A stretch of 64,000 bases of DNA from an uncultured Candidatus Micrarchaeota archaeon (GCA_963791815.1 CAWBTT010000002.1:472086-536085), one strand, 5' to 3'; numbered from the stretch's first letter, positions 1 to 10,334 are shown. Made by a program: numbers and translations. Notes: generated by a model from the sequence alone, not told the origin.

Positions 1-2
1 CC

Positions 3-476
3 ATCATCACTATCGAAAATAGAAAGGAACTTTTTGCGGTATAGTCCGAATCTCGAAGGCAATGAGGCTTTGGGGCAGGAGCCGTGAATCTGGATGGCAA
101 GATCATGCGGGGAGCGGCCGAATTCGGATTCAAGGAATATGCGGAATGCTGTCCGCTTTATGAGGGTTTCTTGGTCGAGGTAGACTATAGCATAATTTCC
201 CGTCGAACCTGAGGTCTTGGCAGGTTTGAGGGTGGCCATTGGAACTGCCAGGAACTGCTCGGGGTTTGAGATTACATCATTTTTGTCTGTTGGGGCAAAA
301 GAAGCAAGGTCAAAGGAACTTCCGGGTGGAGGAATTTTGCTTCCGTAATATTTTGTTTTTCTGGCGGCTTCGCGCAGCTGTGCCAGCCCCTTATTTTGTA
401 ATTCTTCAACTGGATTCCACTGTTCTTTTCTGAGTGCAAGGAAATGTTTGAGGAATTTTATAGAATCATGACTCAT
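3..476 (-). CDS. Phenylacetate-CoA ligase/F390 synthetase-like ANL ligase, paralog 2 (runs off the window edge)
   Basis: Not in ORF track. Manual translation from ATG at 476: MSHDSIKFLKHFLALRKEQW...AKTSGSTGNY...FGRSPHDLAIQIH...GLYRKKFLSIFDS, collinear with the 466..1722 protein (TSGSSG, FGRSPFELAVQVH, GLYRKTFLSVFDS). Confidence 0.85.
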   Translation of the reverse strand, partial: MSHDSIKFLKHFLALRKEQWNPVEELQNKGLAQLREAARKTKYYGSKIPPPGSSFDLASFAPTDKNDVISNPEQFLAVPMATLKPAKTSGSTGNYAIVYLDQETLIKRTAFRIFLESEFGRSPHDLAIQIHGSCPKASLPSRFGLYRKKFLSIFDSDD

Positions 477-1722
477 GGATATCCCGCGCTTTAGCTATTT
501 TTGAGACTACTGAGCGGCGTTTGCCGGAGGTTCCCCGAGGAACTGACTCTACCTGCTCAAAATCGACATGGACGGGCGCTCCAAGCATTGCACGGTGGAT
601 TTTGTTGATAACTTCAGTTTTCGATGAACTTGGAAGAGCATCTCCAGTTGGAACGTGCTTGAAAACAAAGTGGCCCTCATCCTCCTGCACAATCTGGTAT
701 TCCTTGAGGCCAGGAATGCCATAGAGGCAAAAGAGGGAGAAGGCGGAGCGGAGTTTCCCGCCTGGCAACATGATGAAGTCATCACTGCGCCCTTCTATGG
801 AATCAAGTACTGGCCATGTGCGGCCGCAGCTGCATTTGCCCCACATGCTTCTGTCGCCAATACGGTAACGTAGGAGGGGCATACCATGATTGACGAGGGA
901 TGTGACCAGCACCTCCCCGCTATTTGATGTTTCGTTTTTAGAATCGACAAGTTCTATGAGGAATGCGCCGGAATTGACATGGAGTTTGCCCCCCTCAGGG
1001 CATTCGTAGGCAATTGGACCGAACTCATTGCTTCCATAAAGCTGGTAAACCGGGCAGGAAAATGAATCTTGGATAAGTGCGCGGGTTTCAGGACCAAACA
1101 CCTCACCATAACAAAAGACATGGTTCATTTTCATTGGGTTTTTTGATTCTGCGTTGAGTTTTGCCATTATAGCAATTGTGGAAGTGTAGCCACTCAGAAC
1201 CTTTGATTTGGATTTCATCAGGGTTTCAAGGTTCTTCTCCTCACTATCGAAAACCGATAGGAACGTTTTCCGATAAAGCCCGAGTTTTGACATGAGCGTT
1301 TTTGGATAAATGACGTCGTGGACTTGGACCGCGAGCTCAAATGGAGAGCGGCCAAATGTGGATTCTATTAGGAAGCGGTAGGCAGTCCGGTGTATCAGAG
1401 TTCTGGAGTCTGCAAAAACACCCACTGGGATTCCGGATGAGCCCGATGTTCGGATTGCACGGAGGGATTCTGGAGGGGATGTAAGAAAGGATGATGGCGA
1501 TGCAACCACACTGTTTTTCTCGGTTGGGGGAATTGCATCAAGACTCTGGATTGTTTCTTTTGCCGGCATTTCCATGAGCATGCTGCCATAATGGGGGGTT
1601 TGTTTTGCAGACTCGATAAGTTTTTCTAGCCTTTGGGCCTGCAGAGAAGCGAGGGATTCTGAATATTGCTCTTTCTTTATATCTGAATAGTCTCGAACAA
1701 ATTGCACTAGGTCATGAGGCAT
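466..1722 (-). CDS. Phenylacetate-CoA ligase (PaaK/CapK)-like AMP-dependent ligase
   Basis: TSGSSG loop, YGSNE, MPLLRYRIGD, EGRSDD and SGK motifs; likely start MPHD at 1722. Confidence 0.85.
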   Translation of the reverse strand: MPHDLVQFVRDYSDIKKEQYSESLASLQAQRLEKLIESAKQTPHYGSMLMEMPAKETIQSLDAIPPTEKNSVVASPSSFLTSPPESLRAIRTSGSSGIPVGVFADSRTLIHRTAYRFLIESTFGRSPFELAVQVHDVIYPKTLMSKLGLYRKTFLSVFDSEEKNLETLMKSKSKVLSGYTSTIAIMAKLNAESKNPMKMNHVFCYGEVFGPETRALIQDSFSCPVYQLYGSNEFGPIAYECPEGGKLHVNSGAFLIELVDSKNETSNSGEVLVTSLVNHGMPLLRYRIGDRSMWGKCSCGRTWPVLDSIEGRSDDFIMLPGGKLRSAFSLFCLYGIPGLKEYQIVQEDEGHFVFKHVPTGDALPSSSKTEVINKIHRAMLGAPVHVDFEQVESVPRGTSGKRRSVVSKIAKARDIHES

Positions 1723-2635
1723 ACGCTGGTGCTCCGAATACAACTAGGCGGATGTAAATCAATAGTTTCCTGGCAAGGTTGACATACGCCCGCTTGCCGT
1801 AGACTTCGTAGCCATTCTCCTCGATTACATGGAGAATCTCCCGATAAAGAGTAAATGCAAGGGAAATGACCGGGCGGACTTCCTTATGGAGCATTGCAAT
1901 CCCGTTTATCGCTTCGCTATAGTATTTTCTTGCGCGCGCAATCTGGAACTTGAGGAACTCCATGAGGCCAGAGGTCTTCCTAAGAGAAAGTATGTCCTGG
2001 ATTTTCAGGCCAAACTTGGCAAGTTCATCCTTTGGGAAATACACCCTGCCAAGCCGGGCATCCTCGCCAACATCACGAAGGATGTTTGTCAATTGCATTG
2101 CAATTCCAAGTTTGGTTGCGTATTTCTTTGCCTTTCCGATGTCTCCTACCCCCATGACATAGGTCAGCATTACCCCAACCACAGATGCCACGCGATAGCA
2201 GTATTGTTTGAGTTCTGCAAATGTTGCGTACTCCTTTTTTCTGATATCCATGCTCACCCCGCAGATGAGTTCGAGGGGGTATCTCTTGGGGATGGAATAT
2301 TTCTTCATTGTGAAGACAAATGAATTGAGTATTGGGTTCGTTGAGTAGTCCTTCTGGTATGTTTCGAGAAACTGCCGTTTCCACTCCCTTATCAGGGTTC
2401 TTTGGAGTTTTGGGTTGTCCTCATTGTCGTCAATGAGATTGTCTGTGTGCCTGCAGAAAGCATATACAGAATAAAATGAGTCGCGCAGCTCGCGGCTCAT
2501 GAATCTTGATGCGAAATAGAAGGTTTTCGACCCCTTGCGTATGCTCTGCTCGGCGTGCTTAAAATCAACGTGAATTTGTCCCACCTGTATTTTTTTAATC
2601 GGCAAACATTTATATCCCTCCCCGTCGGAAACCAA
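1712..2635 (-). CDS. crtB: Phytoene/squalene synthase family protein
   Basis: GSKTFY, YAFCRHTDNLIDD, YCYRVASVVG, MQLTNILRDVGED, GRVYFP; true start may be GTG at 2584. Confidence 0.9.
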   Translation of the reverse strand: MVSDGEGYKCLPIKKIQVGQIHVDFKHAEQSIRKGSKTFYFASRFMSRELRDSFYSVYAFCRHTDNLIDDNEDNPKLQRTLIREWKRQFLETYQKDYSTNPILNSFVFTMKKYSIPKRYPLELICGVSMDIRKKEYATFAELKQYCYRVASVVGVMLTYVMGVGDIGKAKKYATKLGIAMQLTNILRDVGEDARLGRVYFPKDELAKFGLKIQDILSLRKTSGLMEFLKFQIARARKYYSEAINGIAMLHKEVRPVISLAFTLYREILHVIEENGYEVYGKRAYVNLARKLLIYIRLVVFGAPAYAS

Positions 2636-2637
2636 TC

Positions 2638-3357
2638 ATGGCAGCTTCGCTCGAAGTCAAGGAACTTGCGAAAGTGATTAATGAGAAAATCATAGTCGAC
2701 AGAATCTCTTTCTCAGTTGAAGAAGGAGAGACATTCGGACTTCTGGGCGCCAACGGCTCTGGGAAAACGACCACTTTCAATATGCTCTCAGGGCTTCTCA
2801 AGCCATCGTCAGGAAGCGCGATGATACTGGGGCGCAGTGCCAAAGACGCAAAACGAGATATTGGATTTGTAACCCAAATGAATTCTTTTTATGAAACGCT
2901 CACGGTGCAGGAGAATCTGGAGTTTTTTGCTTCCCAGTATGGGATTGGGGGTGCCAAAAGAAAAGAGATTATCAAAAAGCTCCTGTCTCAGATAAAACTT
3001 ACCAATAAAGGCCAGGCTTTGGCCTCAACGCTCTCAGGCGGGATGAAAAAAAGGCTGAACATGGGCTGTTCGTTGGTTCATGACCCAAAGATAATATTCC
3101 TTGATGAACCTACAGTCGGACTTGACCCAGTTGTCAGAAGAGAGATATGGAAGCTGATAAAAGAACTCCAACACGAGAAGAAGACGATACTCATAACATC
3201 TCATTACATGGAAGAGATAGAGCAGCTCTGCGGCAGGGTGGCAATCATGTTTGCAGGGCGTATTGTGGCAAGCGGAACTGCAGCACAACTCAAGAAAAAA
3301 TACAAGCTCCAGCAGATGGAGGATGTGTTCGCACATCTTGTCAAGCCAACGGTGTAA
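2638..3357 (+). CDS. ABC-2 type transporter ATP-binding protein
   Basis: GANGSGKT, LSGGM, IFLDEPT, SH switch. Confidence 0.95.
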   Translation: MAASLEVKELAKVINEKIIVDRISFSVEEGETFGLLGANGSGKTTTFNMLSGLLKPSSGSAMILGRSAKDAKRDIGFVTQMNSFYETLTVQENLEFFASQYGIGGAKRKEIIKKLLSQIKLTNKGQALASTLSGGMKKRLNMGCSLVHDPKIIFLDEPTVGLDPVVRREIWKLIKELQHEKKTILITSHYMEEIEQLCGRVAIMFAGRIVASGTAAQLKKKYKLQQMEDVFAHLVKPTV

Positions 3358-3360
3358 ATC

Positions 3361-5289
3361 ATGAAAATACTACAGTCAATCAAGAAAGAGATACTTGAAA
3401 CTGCCCATGATCACACCATGCTGGCAGCAGTCATAGCATTTCCGGTTTTTGTCATGCTTTTCATGGGAAGCGCCTTTGGCTCAGTTGAGATTCACGGACT
3501 CCCGATAGGTGTGGTGGGACCTACAGGCACGTCATTTTCATCAGTCTTGTTTTCTGGTTTGAATGAATCTCCGGCTTTCAACCTGGAGAACTACGATTCT
3601 GAAGCAAGTGCTATGGAAGCCTTCAGGAATGGGGAACTTCGGGCATTGATAATAGTTCCAGATGATTTCGAGAGCGCTCTAATAGCTGGAAATGGCTCCG
3701 AGGTCCGGATAGCCATTGACAATTCAGATATCGCGCTTCAGGAAGCTGTGCTCGCGGCAATGGGCTCTGTTGTGCAAGCATCATCCACCAACATCACCAA
3801 GAGCTATGTTTCTGCTGCCTGGCAGGATTTGTATTCCCTCAATCAGTCGGCAGCAGCAATGACCGGGGACATAAACGAGAGCAAGGCAAAAATGGAAAGC
3901 ACAAAGACAAGCATCGATGCAATCAGGCAGAATATCAGCAATATTGGAATTGATGAACTTGAAGATTCCATCGGAGCTGCAAAAGACGAGGTCAAAAAAC
4001 TGCAGGATGCTGCCACAACAGAACAGAATGGCAGCTTCATCAACCAAAGCGAGGATTTCCTTGCAAATGCCAGTTTCGCTCTTAATGAATCCATTGAGAC
4101 CATCGGCACCACCCATACAAGGCTGGTAAATCAGGAAGACGAGATTAATGACACGATTGATACCCTCGATATCTCAATTGCGACGCTTTCTTTGATTAAG
4201 AACTCAACTTCAGACCCCATAACCGCAGCGGCTCTTGATGTCAATATAGCGACGCTGCAAACACTCAGGAACACCACAGCGCAGCAGGCAGAAGACGTCC
4301 ACACACAGATTCAGGAACTTGAATCGCTTAATTCAACATTATATTCATTCCAAGGAGAGCTCGAGGGTTACTCAGGTCTGCTCGCAGAGGCACAAGCTAA
4401 CCAAAGCAAGCTTGTTGGAGATATGCTTGGGAGCCTGGGCGCATTGAATGATACATTCACTGGTGCAGAGGAAACAATTTCAAAACTAAAGGGGCTCTTT
4501 GAGCAGATTGAATCCACAACTGATGAAATCGATGATACTTTGGATGATGTTCTGGACCAGGTTGAATCTGTTGAGGCACTAATTGATTCGTTGCAGGGCA
4601 CAGTTGCGGCGCAGACTGGCAAGGACCCTGAAACCATAGCCGCCCCACTTTCAGTAAAGGTTGAGAACCAGTATGTTCGGGAAAGTTTTGTTGATTTCAT
4701 AATCCCCAGGGTGATTGCAGTTTCTCTTCTGTTCTCGTGTTTCCTCCTTGCATCGATAAGCCTGGTTCGGGAAAAGAGCGGAAGAACCATTGTAAGGCTG
4801 CTTATGATGCCAGGTGCCTTTGCCAACTCTATTGCTGCCAAGATAATTTCGGTGACCCTGATATCTCTGGGGCAGGTCGGGCTGATTCTGCTCATCGGAG
4901 TCGTTGTTTTCGCAGTCAGGGTTCCTGCAGATTTGATCGCGGTCGGAGTGGCCACTGCCGTATCAGCTCTTGTGCTCTCAGCAGTTGGAACTCTCGTCGG
5001 ATTTTATGCAAGAACGGAATCCGCCGCCATTCAGACATCTTTGCTAATAGCAATACCGATGCTGTTCCTTGGCAACATCATATTTTCACCGGACTTGCTT
5101 CCCGCATATACCCAGATTATGCAGCAGATGCTGCCCCTTGCCCACATTACTAACATATTCAAGATAGTCCTGATTACCTCGGGCAACCCAGGGGCGAGCT
5201 TGGTTCCTTTGTTATCGTACTTTGTCGTCCTTGCGCTCATAATAGCATTGCTCGTATACAAAAGAAGGGATATTACGAACTATATCTAG
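3361..5289 (+). CDS. ABC-2 permease with large extracellular helical insert (YhgE/Pip-like architecture)
   Basis: N-terminal TM, about 270-aa acidic coiled-coil-like region, C-terminal multi-TM ABC-2 domain; follows the ATPase by 3 bp. Confidence 0.8.
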   Translation: MKILQSIKKEILETAHDHTMLAAVIAFPVFVMLFMGSAFGSVEIHGLPIGVVGPTGTSFSSVLFSGLNESPAFNLENYDSEASAMEAFRNGELRALIIVPDDFESALIAGNGSEVRIAIDNSDIALQEAVLAAMGSVVQASSTNITKSYVSAAWQDLYSLNQSAAAMTGDINESKAKMESTKTSIDAIRQNISNIGIDELEDSIGAAKDEVKKLQDAATTEQNGSFINQSEDFLANASFALNESIETIGTTHTRLVNQEDEINDTIDTLDISIATLSLIKNSTSDPITAAALDVNIATLQTLRNTTAQQAEDVHTQIQELESLNSTLYSFQGELEGYSGLLAEAQANQSKLVGDMLGSLGALNDTFTGAEETISKLKGLFEQIESTTDEIDDTLDDVLDQVESVEALIDSLQGTVAAQTGKDPETIAAPLSVKVENQYVRESFVDFIIPRVIAVSLLFSCFLLASISLVREKSGRTIVRLLMMPGAFANSIAAKIISVTLISLGQVGLILLIGVVVFAVRVPADLIAVGVATAVSALVLSAVGTLVGFYARTESAAIQTSLLIAIPMLFLGNIIFSPDLLPAYTQIMQQMLPLAHITNIFKIVLITSGNPGASLVPLLSYFVVLALIIALLVYKRRDITNYI

Positions 5290-5293
5290 TTAG

Positions 5294-5309
5294 CATTTCC
5301 TAGGAAATG
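5294..5309. repeat. 16-bp perfect palindrome upstream of the LAGLIDADG gene
   Basis: CATTTCCTAGGAAATG equals its own reverse complement. Confidence 0.6.
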
Positions 5310-5337
5310 AACTTGGTGGATGTTTTAATTAATAGAA

Positions 5338-6756
5338 ATGGAAGAAACAAATGTGCAAACATCAGACGTAAAAAAGCACGTGGATGGACAAACGGATCCA
5401 CTACTCTTTGATAGTAAATTCAAAGATACTACTCCAAATGGTTTCATCAATATATTCAGAATCCTGTCACGACAACGGAAAAGCAAAAGACCGCTAACCA
5501 CATACTACCATCTCGATAATCGATGCAAAGATAGGATACTAGGGAGATTACTGGAAAAATTCAGGACTCTAGATAATGCCGCAAAAGCCATCGTAACCCA
5601 CAATGAAAGAAATAAAGGAAAACGATATGCTTCAAAAATTAAAGAAAAGTGGAGGGTTAAGAACAATCTCCAAAATGGAAATGTCACAATTTGGCATGCT
5701 CGCGTAGTGAGTCTGGTCCTTGCAAAAAATCATGCGGAGGCTGTAGAGATATTCGAGGAATTGTTTTCCAATTCAAGATTTTTAGTAGCAAAAGGCAAGG
5801 AAATTAGGTGTCCGCATAAAATTTCTGAATTGGGGCCAGCAGGGGCATATCTGGCGGGAGTGGTTGCCGGAGACGGTCACATAACCAAAAGTCTCGATGA
5901 GATAAAGATAGTAGATGGACACCAAAACAAGCGCTGGAAAAAAGATACTTTTTTGTTCCTAAAAAGTATTGATGGGTTAATAAAGGAAAAATTCGGCCTT
6001 ACTGCTTTCGTCGAGGAGAAAGACAACTATTTGGTATTTAGGTACGCATCCACGTTACTATGTTCAATATTGAATCATGTTTACGAGATACCTGCAGGAA
6101 GAAAAAGTAAGAAGATAAGAATTCCGAAAATTGTAAAGAATGGGCCCCATGAGCACCTATTCTGGAGGGGAATTGTTGATACTGATGGAAGCATTAGAAA
6201 GGGAAGCAAATTGATACGAATGACAACGACATCGAAACAACTATTTTTGGATTTCTTAGACTTTTGTAAAAGACACAATATCCACACATTTAGCAGAAAA
6301 AACAAGTTTGCAGCATATGGAGTTGTGGTAGCAGAAGAAAGCATAGCAAATTTTGCTAGGATAGTTGGAAGCAACCACCCAAGAAAAAGAGCCAACTTGA
6401 TCGAATATTTGAAGAAAGGGGCTTCTTACAAAGTACCAGTGAGTAAAAAACCAAATGAAAGACTAAACAAGATCATTGCGTATCTTAGGCCATACCAAGG
6501 GAATGTTTATGTCAGATTGACTAGTAGAAGGGAAGCGGTCGGGGAAGAAGTGGTGGAGAGATTGAAAAATATTGAGAAAGTGGTTGGGATGAGGCTTGTA
6601 GAAGTTAAAAGACCCAGAAAAAACAACCATTTTTATATTTGTTCGAGGGAGTTATTGAATGAAATAAACGAATGCTATGAATTCAAACATGTTTGGAGTC
6701 CGCTGAGTGACGAAGAAATTAATAGGATGAAAATACGGTGGGATAGATATGAATGA
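5338..6756 (+). CDS. Free-standing double-motif LAGLIDADG homing endonuclease-like protein
   Basis: AYLAGVVAGDG and FWRGIVDTDG motifs, basic composition, AT-rich; no intein splice-junction residues. Confidence 0.8.
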   Translation: MEETNVQTSDVKKHVDGQTDPLLFDSKFKDTTPNGFINIFRILSRQRKSKRPLTTYYHLDNRCKDRILGRLLEKFRTLDNAAKAIVTHNERNKGKRYASKIKEKWRVKNNLQNGNVTIWHARVVSLVLAKNHAEAVEIFEELFSNSRFLVAKGKEIRCPHKISELGPAGAYLAGVVAGDGHITKSLDEIKIVDGHQNKRWKKDTFLFLKSIDGLIKEKFGLTAFVEEKDNYLVFRYASTLLCSILNHVYEIPAGRKSKKIRIPKIVKNGPHEHLFWRGIVDTDGSIRKGSKLIRMTTTSKQLFLDFLDFCKRHNIHTFSRKNKFAAYGVVVAEESIANFARIVGSNHPRKRANLIEYLKKGASYKVPVSKKPNERLNKIIAYLRPYQGNVYVRLTSRREAVGEEVVERLKNIEKVVGMRLVEVKRPRKNNHFYICSRELLNEINECYEFKHVWSPLSDEEINRMKIRWDRYE

Positions 6757-7849
6757 GACGATTGATCCGTGGGGCCAAGTTAATGTAAAGAATTATGATC
6801 GTCTTTGCAAGAATTTCGGTATTGGTGATTTTTCAAAAATGGCTGTAGAAATGCCCGAGGCACCAATTTACATAAAAAGAAATTGTATTTTTGGCCATAA
6901 AGACTTTGGGCCGATTTTAAATGCGATAAAGAACAAAAAAAGATTCGTAATGATGACTGGTCTGATGCCATCGGGCAGTTTTCATTTTGGCCACAAACTA
7001 GTGGCAGATCAGATAATTTATTATCAAAAATTGGGCGCGGAGTGTTTTATTGCAGCTGCAGACCTGGAAGCATATCTGACCAGAGATATCCCATTGGACA
7101 AAGCAAGAGAAACCGCGATAGAAGAGTACCTCCTAAATTACATTGCCCTTGGATTAAAACCAGAAAAAACGCACTTTTACTTTCAAACTAATTGGAAAAA
7201 CGATTACTTGAATCTAAGTAAATTTGTTTCTAAAAAAACGACATTCAATGAGGTTAAAGCGATTTATGGAAACATAAATCCATCAAAGATTGTTTCGGCT
7301 TTGACCCAGGTGGCAGATATATTACACCCACAATTGGAAGTGTTCGGAGGGCCCAGGCCCACGGTGGTACCAGTGGGTGCGGACCAATTGCCCCACATAA
7401 ATTTCACACGGGATATCGCTGCTAGAATGAAGTCTGAATTTGGATTTGTGCTGCCCTCAGCAACATTCCACAAACTCATCCCTGGATTGCAGGGAGGCAA
7501 GATGAGCTCTTCAGTACCAGAAAGCAGCATCCTTTTCTCAGATAATCCCAAGACAATAAAAAAGAAGATAATGAAGTATGCTTTTAGTGGTGGCCAGGCT
7601 ACGATAGAAGAACACAGAGAAAAGGGTGGGAACCCAGACATTGACATTCCGTTCCAGTGGTTGAAGATGATCTTTGAGCCAGACGATAAGAAACTCAAGA
7701 AGATAGAGGATGATTACAGAAGCGGTAAGCTGCTTACTGGAGAACTCAAGCAAATTCTTGTCGAAAAAATAGATATGTTTTTAGAGGAACACAACAAACG
7801 TAGAGAGAAAGCCAGACGAGACATGCCTAAATTTATAGAAAACCAATAA
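6749..7849 (+). CDS. trpS: Tryptophanyl-tRNA synthetase
   Basis: IDPWG start, HFGH (HIGH), PVGADQ, KMSSS, AFSGGQ. Confidence 0.95.
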   Translation: MNETIDPWGQVNVKNYDRLCKNFGIGDFSKMAVEMPEAPIYIKRNCIFGHKDFGPILNAIKNKKRFVMMTGLMPSGSFHFGHKLVADQIIYYQKLGAECFIAAADLEAYLTRDIPLDKARETAIEEYLLNYIALGLKPEKTHFYFQTNWKNDYLNLSKFVSKKTTFNEVKAIYGNINPSKIVSALTQVADILHPQLEVFGGPRPTVVPVGADQLPHINFTRDIAARMKSEFGFVLPSATFHKLIPGLQGGKMSSSVPESSILFSDNPKTIKKKIMKYAFSGGQATIEEHREKGGNPDIDIPFQWLKMIFEPDDKKLKKIEDDYRSGKLLTGELKQILVEKIDMFLEEHNKRREKARRDMPKFIENQ

Positions 7850-7861
7850 ACAGGTACACAA

Positions 7862-8290
7862 ATGAGTAACGAAAGAAAATACCGCGAGAAACCGGTGCGG
7901 CCAAAGGCTTTGGTCTGCGGCCTGCTTGAAGATAATGGCAGGTTCCTGTTCCTTACCAAAAAAGACCAGCACGGGGTTGAGCGATATGAATTGCCGTGGG
8001 TCTACTCAACAGATAGGGGCGACCCGGTGTCGCAGATTGCCCAGGCATTCAAGATGCAAAGCGGAGTAAGTGTCCAGGTCGGCGAGATTGCTTTTGATGC
8101 AAGGCACAACGCAGGCTCAAGGAGGAACAAATATTGGATTCAGTGCTACGTTTTCCGAGTCAGTGCAAAGGAGAAGAACGCTGAGCCTTCAGGCGGATAT
8201 AGCGGCTACAAATGGCTTTCGCTCAAAGACGCAAAAGAAAAGAAACTTGGCAAGCATGCCGAGTGGATAAAATTCGTAGAAAAAATATAG
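7862..8290 (+). CDS. NUDIX-fold protein (degenerate Nudix box)
   Basis: ALVCGLLEDNGRFLFL..YELP and YKWLS pattern; catalytic glutamates not evident. Confidence 0.6.
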   Translation: MSNERKYREKPVRPKALVCGLLEDNGRFLFLTKKDQHGVERYELPWVYSTDRGDPVSQIAQAFKMQSGVSVQVGEIAFDARHNAGSRRNKYWIQCYVFRVSAKEKNAEPSGGYSGYKWLSLKDAKEKKLGKHAEWIKFVEKI

Positions 8291-8296
8291 AAGAAA

Positions 8297-8698
8297 TCAG
8301 CCGGACAGCTTGAACTTGAACCCGTAATGGATAAGCCCTTCCGGGTCATTCCTCTGGATTGCCCTAAAGACCTGCTCAACATGAGAGCCGATTTTCACAT
8401 CTTCTTTTTGGGCATCGACCACCTGGGCCGTGAGCCTTGCGCCTTCTTCGAGATCAATGATGGCCAGTATGTATGGGACCTGATCCTCAAATCCCTGCGG
8501 GGGCGCAGTCACTTCGGTAAATGAGAATATCGTCCCCTTGCCAGAGTATTTGACACCGACTATTTTTCCCTTTCTTCTGCATTTTGGGCAGATGGACCTC
8601 TTTGGGAAGTAATGCGAACTGCAGGTCTCGCACTTGACCCCGAGAAGACCGTAACGCTCGGGAATCTTTCTCCAAGTGAGTGGAATCGCTTCTTTCAT
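8297..8698 (-). CDS. DUF35 Zn-ribbon/OB-fold protein (thiolase/HMG-CoA synthase scaffold)
   Basis: CETC..CPKC, GTIFSFT, PYILAII, YGFKF. Confidence 0.9.
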   Translation of the reverse strand: MKEAIPLTWRKIPERYGLLGVKCETCSSHYFPKRSICPKCRRKGKIVGVKYSGKGTIFSFTEVTAPPQGFEDQVPYILAIIDLEEGARLTAQVVDAQKEDVKIGSHVEQVFRAIQRNDPEGLIHYGFKFKLSG

Positions 8699-8707
8699 GA
8701 TATCACG

Positions 8708-9361
8708 TTATTGCATGGTTTTTTTATGTTTTTCGTGGTGCTCCTTGAAGGTCGCGATTCCCTTGTCAGTGAGTGGGTGGTTCCAGAGTTTCTCCAGAAC
8801 AGCTGCCGGAACTGTTGCTATGTGCGCGCCGAGCTCAGCAGAATCGATTACATGGTTAGGGTGCCTTACTGATGCCACTATGACTTCGGTCTCATAGCCA
8901 TAGTTCTCGTAAATGCTCATAACCTGCTCAATCATTTCCATGCCATCTTGTGAAATGTCATCAAGCCTGCCGACAAATGGGGAGACATATGTTGCCCCGG
9001 CCTTTGCTGCAATAAGCGCCTGTGAAGGGGAGAATACCAAAGTAACGTTGGTTTTGATTCCCTTTATTGCAAGCTGACGGACTGCTTTCATGCCCTCTTT
9101 AGTCATTGGGATTTTCACCACGATATTTGGTGCCCAGGTGGCGAACTCCTCGCCCTCTTTAATCATCTCTTCGGCCGTTTCGCCAACCCCCTCAACTGAG
9201 ACTGGCCCGTCAACAAGATTGCAGATTTCAGTGATTACTTCTTTCTGGTCTCTGCCAGCTTTCATGATAAGGGTCGGGTTGGTTGTTACACCGTCGCAAA
9301 TTCCGAGCTCTACTCCCCTCTTTATCTCTTCAACATCCGCAGTGTCAAGGAAAAATTTCAT
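8708..9361 (-). CDS. tal: Transaldolase (TalC/FSA family)
   Basis: [32 protein letters not shown]. Confidence 0.92.
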   Translation of the reverse strand: MKFFLDTADVEEIKRGVELGICDGVTTNPTLIMKAGRDQKEVITEICNLVDGPVSVEGVGETAEEMIKEGEEFATWAPNIVVKIPMTKEGMKAVRQLAIKGIKTNVTLVFSPSQALIAAKAGATYVSPFVGRLDDISQDGMEMIEQVMSIYENYGYETEVIVASVRHPNHVIDSAELGAHIATVPAAVLEKLWNHPLTDKGIATFKEHHEKHKKTMQ

Positions 9362-9365
9362 AATA

Positions 9366-10334
9366 TCACTTCTTCATTTTCATTGATTCTTCAACGACTT
9401 TAGCAATGCCGTCTGAATCAAGTAAGTATTTTTTCAAAAGGTCTTTTGAGGAGCCAGATTCGCAGAAGCGATCATACACCCCGTGCCTCTTCAATGGACA
9501 TGCATTCTCTTCAGCAAGGACTTCTGCAACAGCGCTTCCAAGACCGCCGTTTATCTGGTGCTCTTCCACAGTTACTATGAGTCCACTCCGTTTTGCATGC
9601 TTGAGAATTGTTTCTCGGTCAATCGGCTTGATTGTATGGCAGTCCACCACCGCAGCGTCAATCCCCTTTTCTTTGAGAAGTTCTGCTGCTTTTAGTGATT
9701 CGTAAACCATTACTCCGTGGGCGAATATCGCGACGTCCTTTCCTTCTCTGTATGTGTTGGCCTTGCCGATTTCAAATGGGGTTTCTTCGGTTGTGAAGAC
9801 CGCAGATTTCTCCCGCGAGGTTCTCATGTAGCAGGGAGTATCGGTTGCCGCGGCCGCGATGGTTGCTTTGCGCGCTTCCTCCATGTCCGCAGGAGACATG
9901 ACAATCAGGTTTGGAAGGCACCTTGTGATTGCAAGGTCTTCGAGCGCTTGGTGTGATGCACCATCTGGGCCCACAGTCAATCCAGTGTGTGATGCGTGAA
10001 TGTTGACATTGACATTGTTGTAGCAGATTGCAACGCGAATCTGGTCCCAGTTTCGGCCAGGAGAGAATACGCCATATGCAGATATGAATGCCTTCTTTCC
10101 AGTTGCCGCGATTCCTGACGCGACCCCTGCAAGATTCTGCTCTGCAACTCCAACCTGAACAAATCTTTTTGGGAATTTCTCTGCAAACCAGTGGGTTCGG
10201 GTTGATTCTGAAACGTCTGCTGTGAGCGCCCACACATTTTCGTCTTTTTCCCCAAGCTCAACGAGTGCTTTTCCGAATCCGTCTCTACTGGGTTTCTTCA
10301 ATTCAGGATTGAAAATGTCTTTGATGAGTTTCAT
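9366..10334 (-). CDS. Transketolase C-terminal subunit
   Basis: [18 protein letters not shown]; start MKLIK at 10334. Confidence 0.92.
   Translation of the reverse strand: MKLIKDIFNPELKKPSRDGFGKALVELGEKDENVWALTADVSESTRTHWFAEKFPKRFVQVGVAEQNLAGVASGIAATGKKAFISAYGVFSPGRNWDQIRVAICYNNVNVNIHASHTGLTVGPDGASHQALEDLAITRCLPNLIVMSPADMEEARKATIAAAATDTPCYMRTSREKSAVFTTEETPFEIGKANTYREGKDVAIFAHGVMVYESLKAAELLKEKGIDAAVVDCHTIKPIDRETILKHAKRSGLIVTVEEHQINGGLGSAVAEVLAEENACPLKRHGVYDRFCESGSSKDLLKKYLLDSDGIAKVVEESMKMKK

Noticed and set aside
5338..6756. Intein or intron interrupting trpS or the ABC permease
   Set aside because: Both flanking genes are complete; no Cys/Ser start or His-Asn end splice motifs
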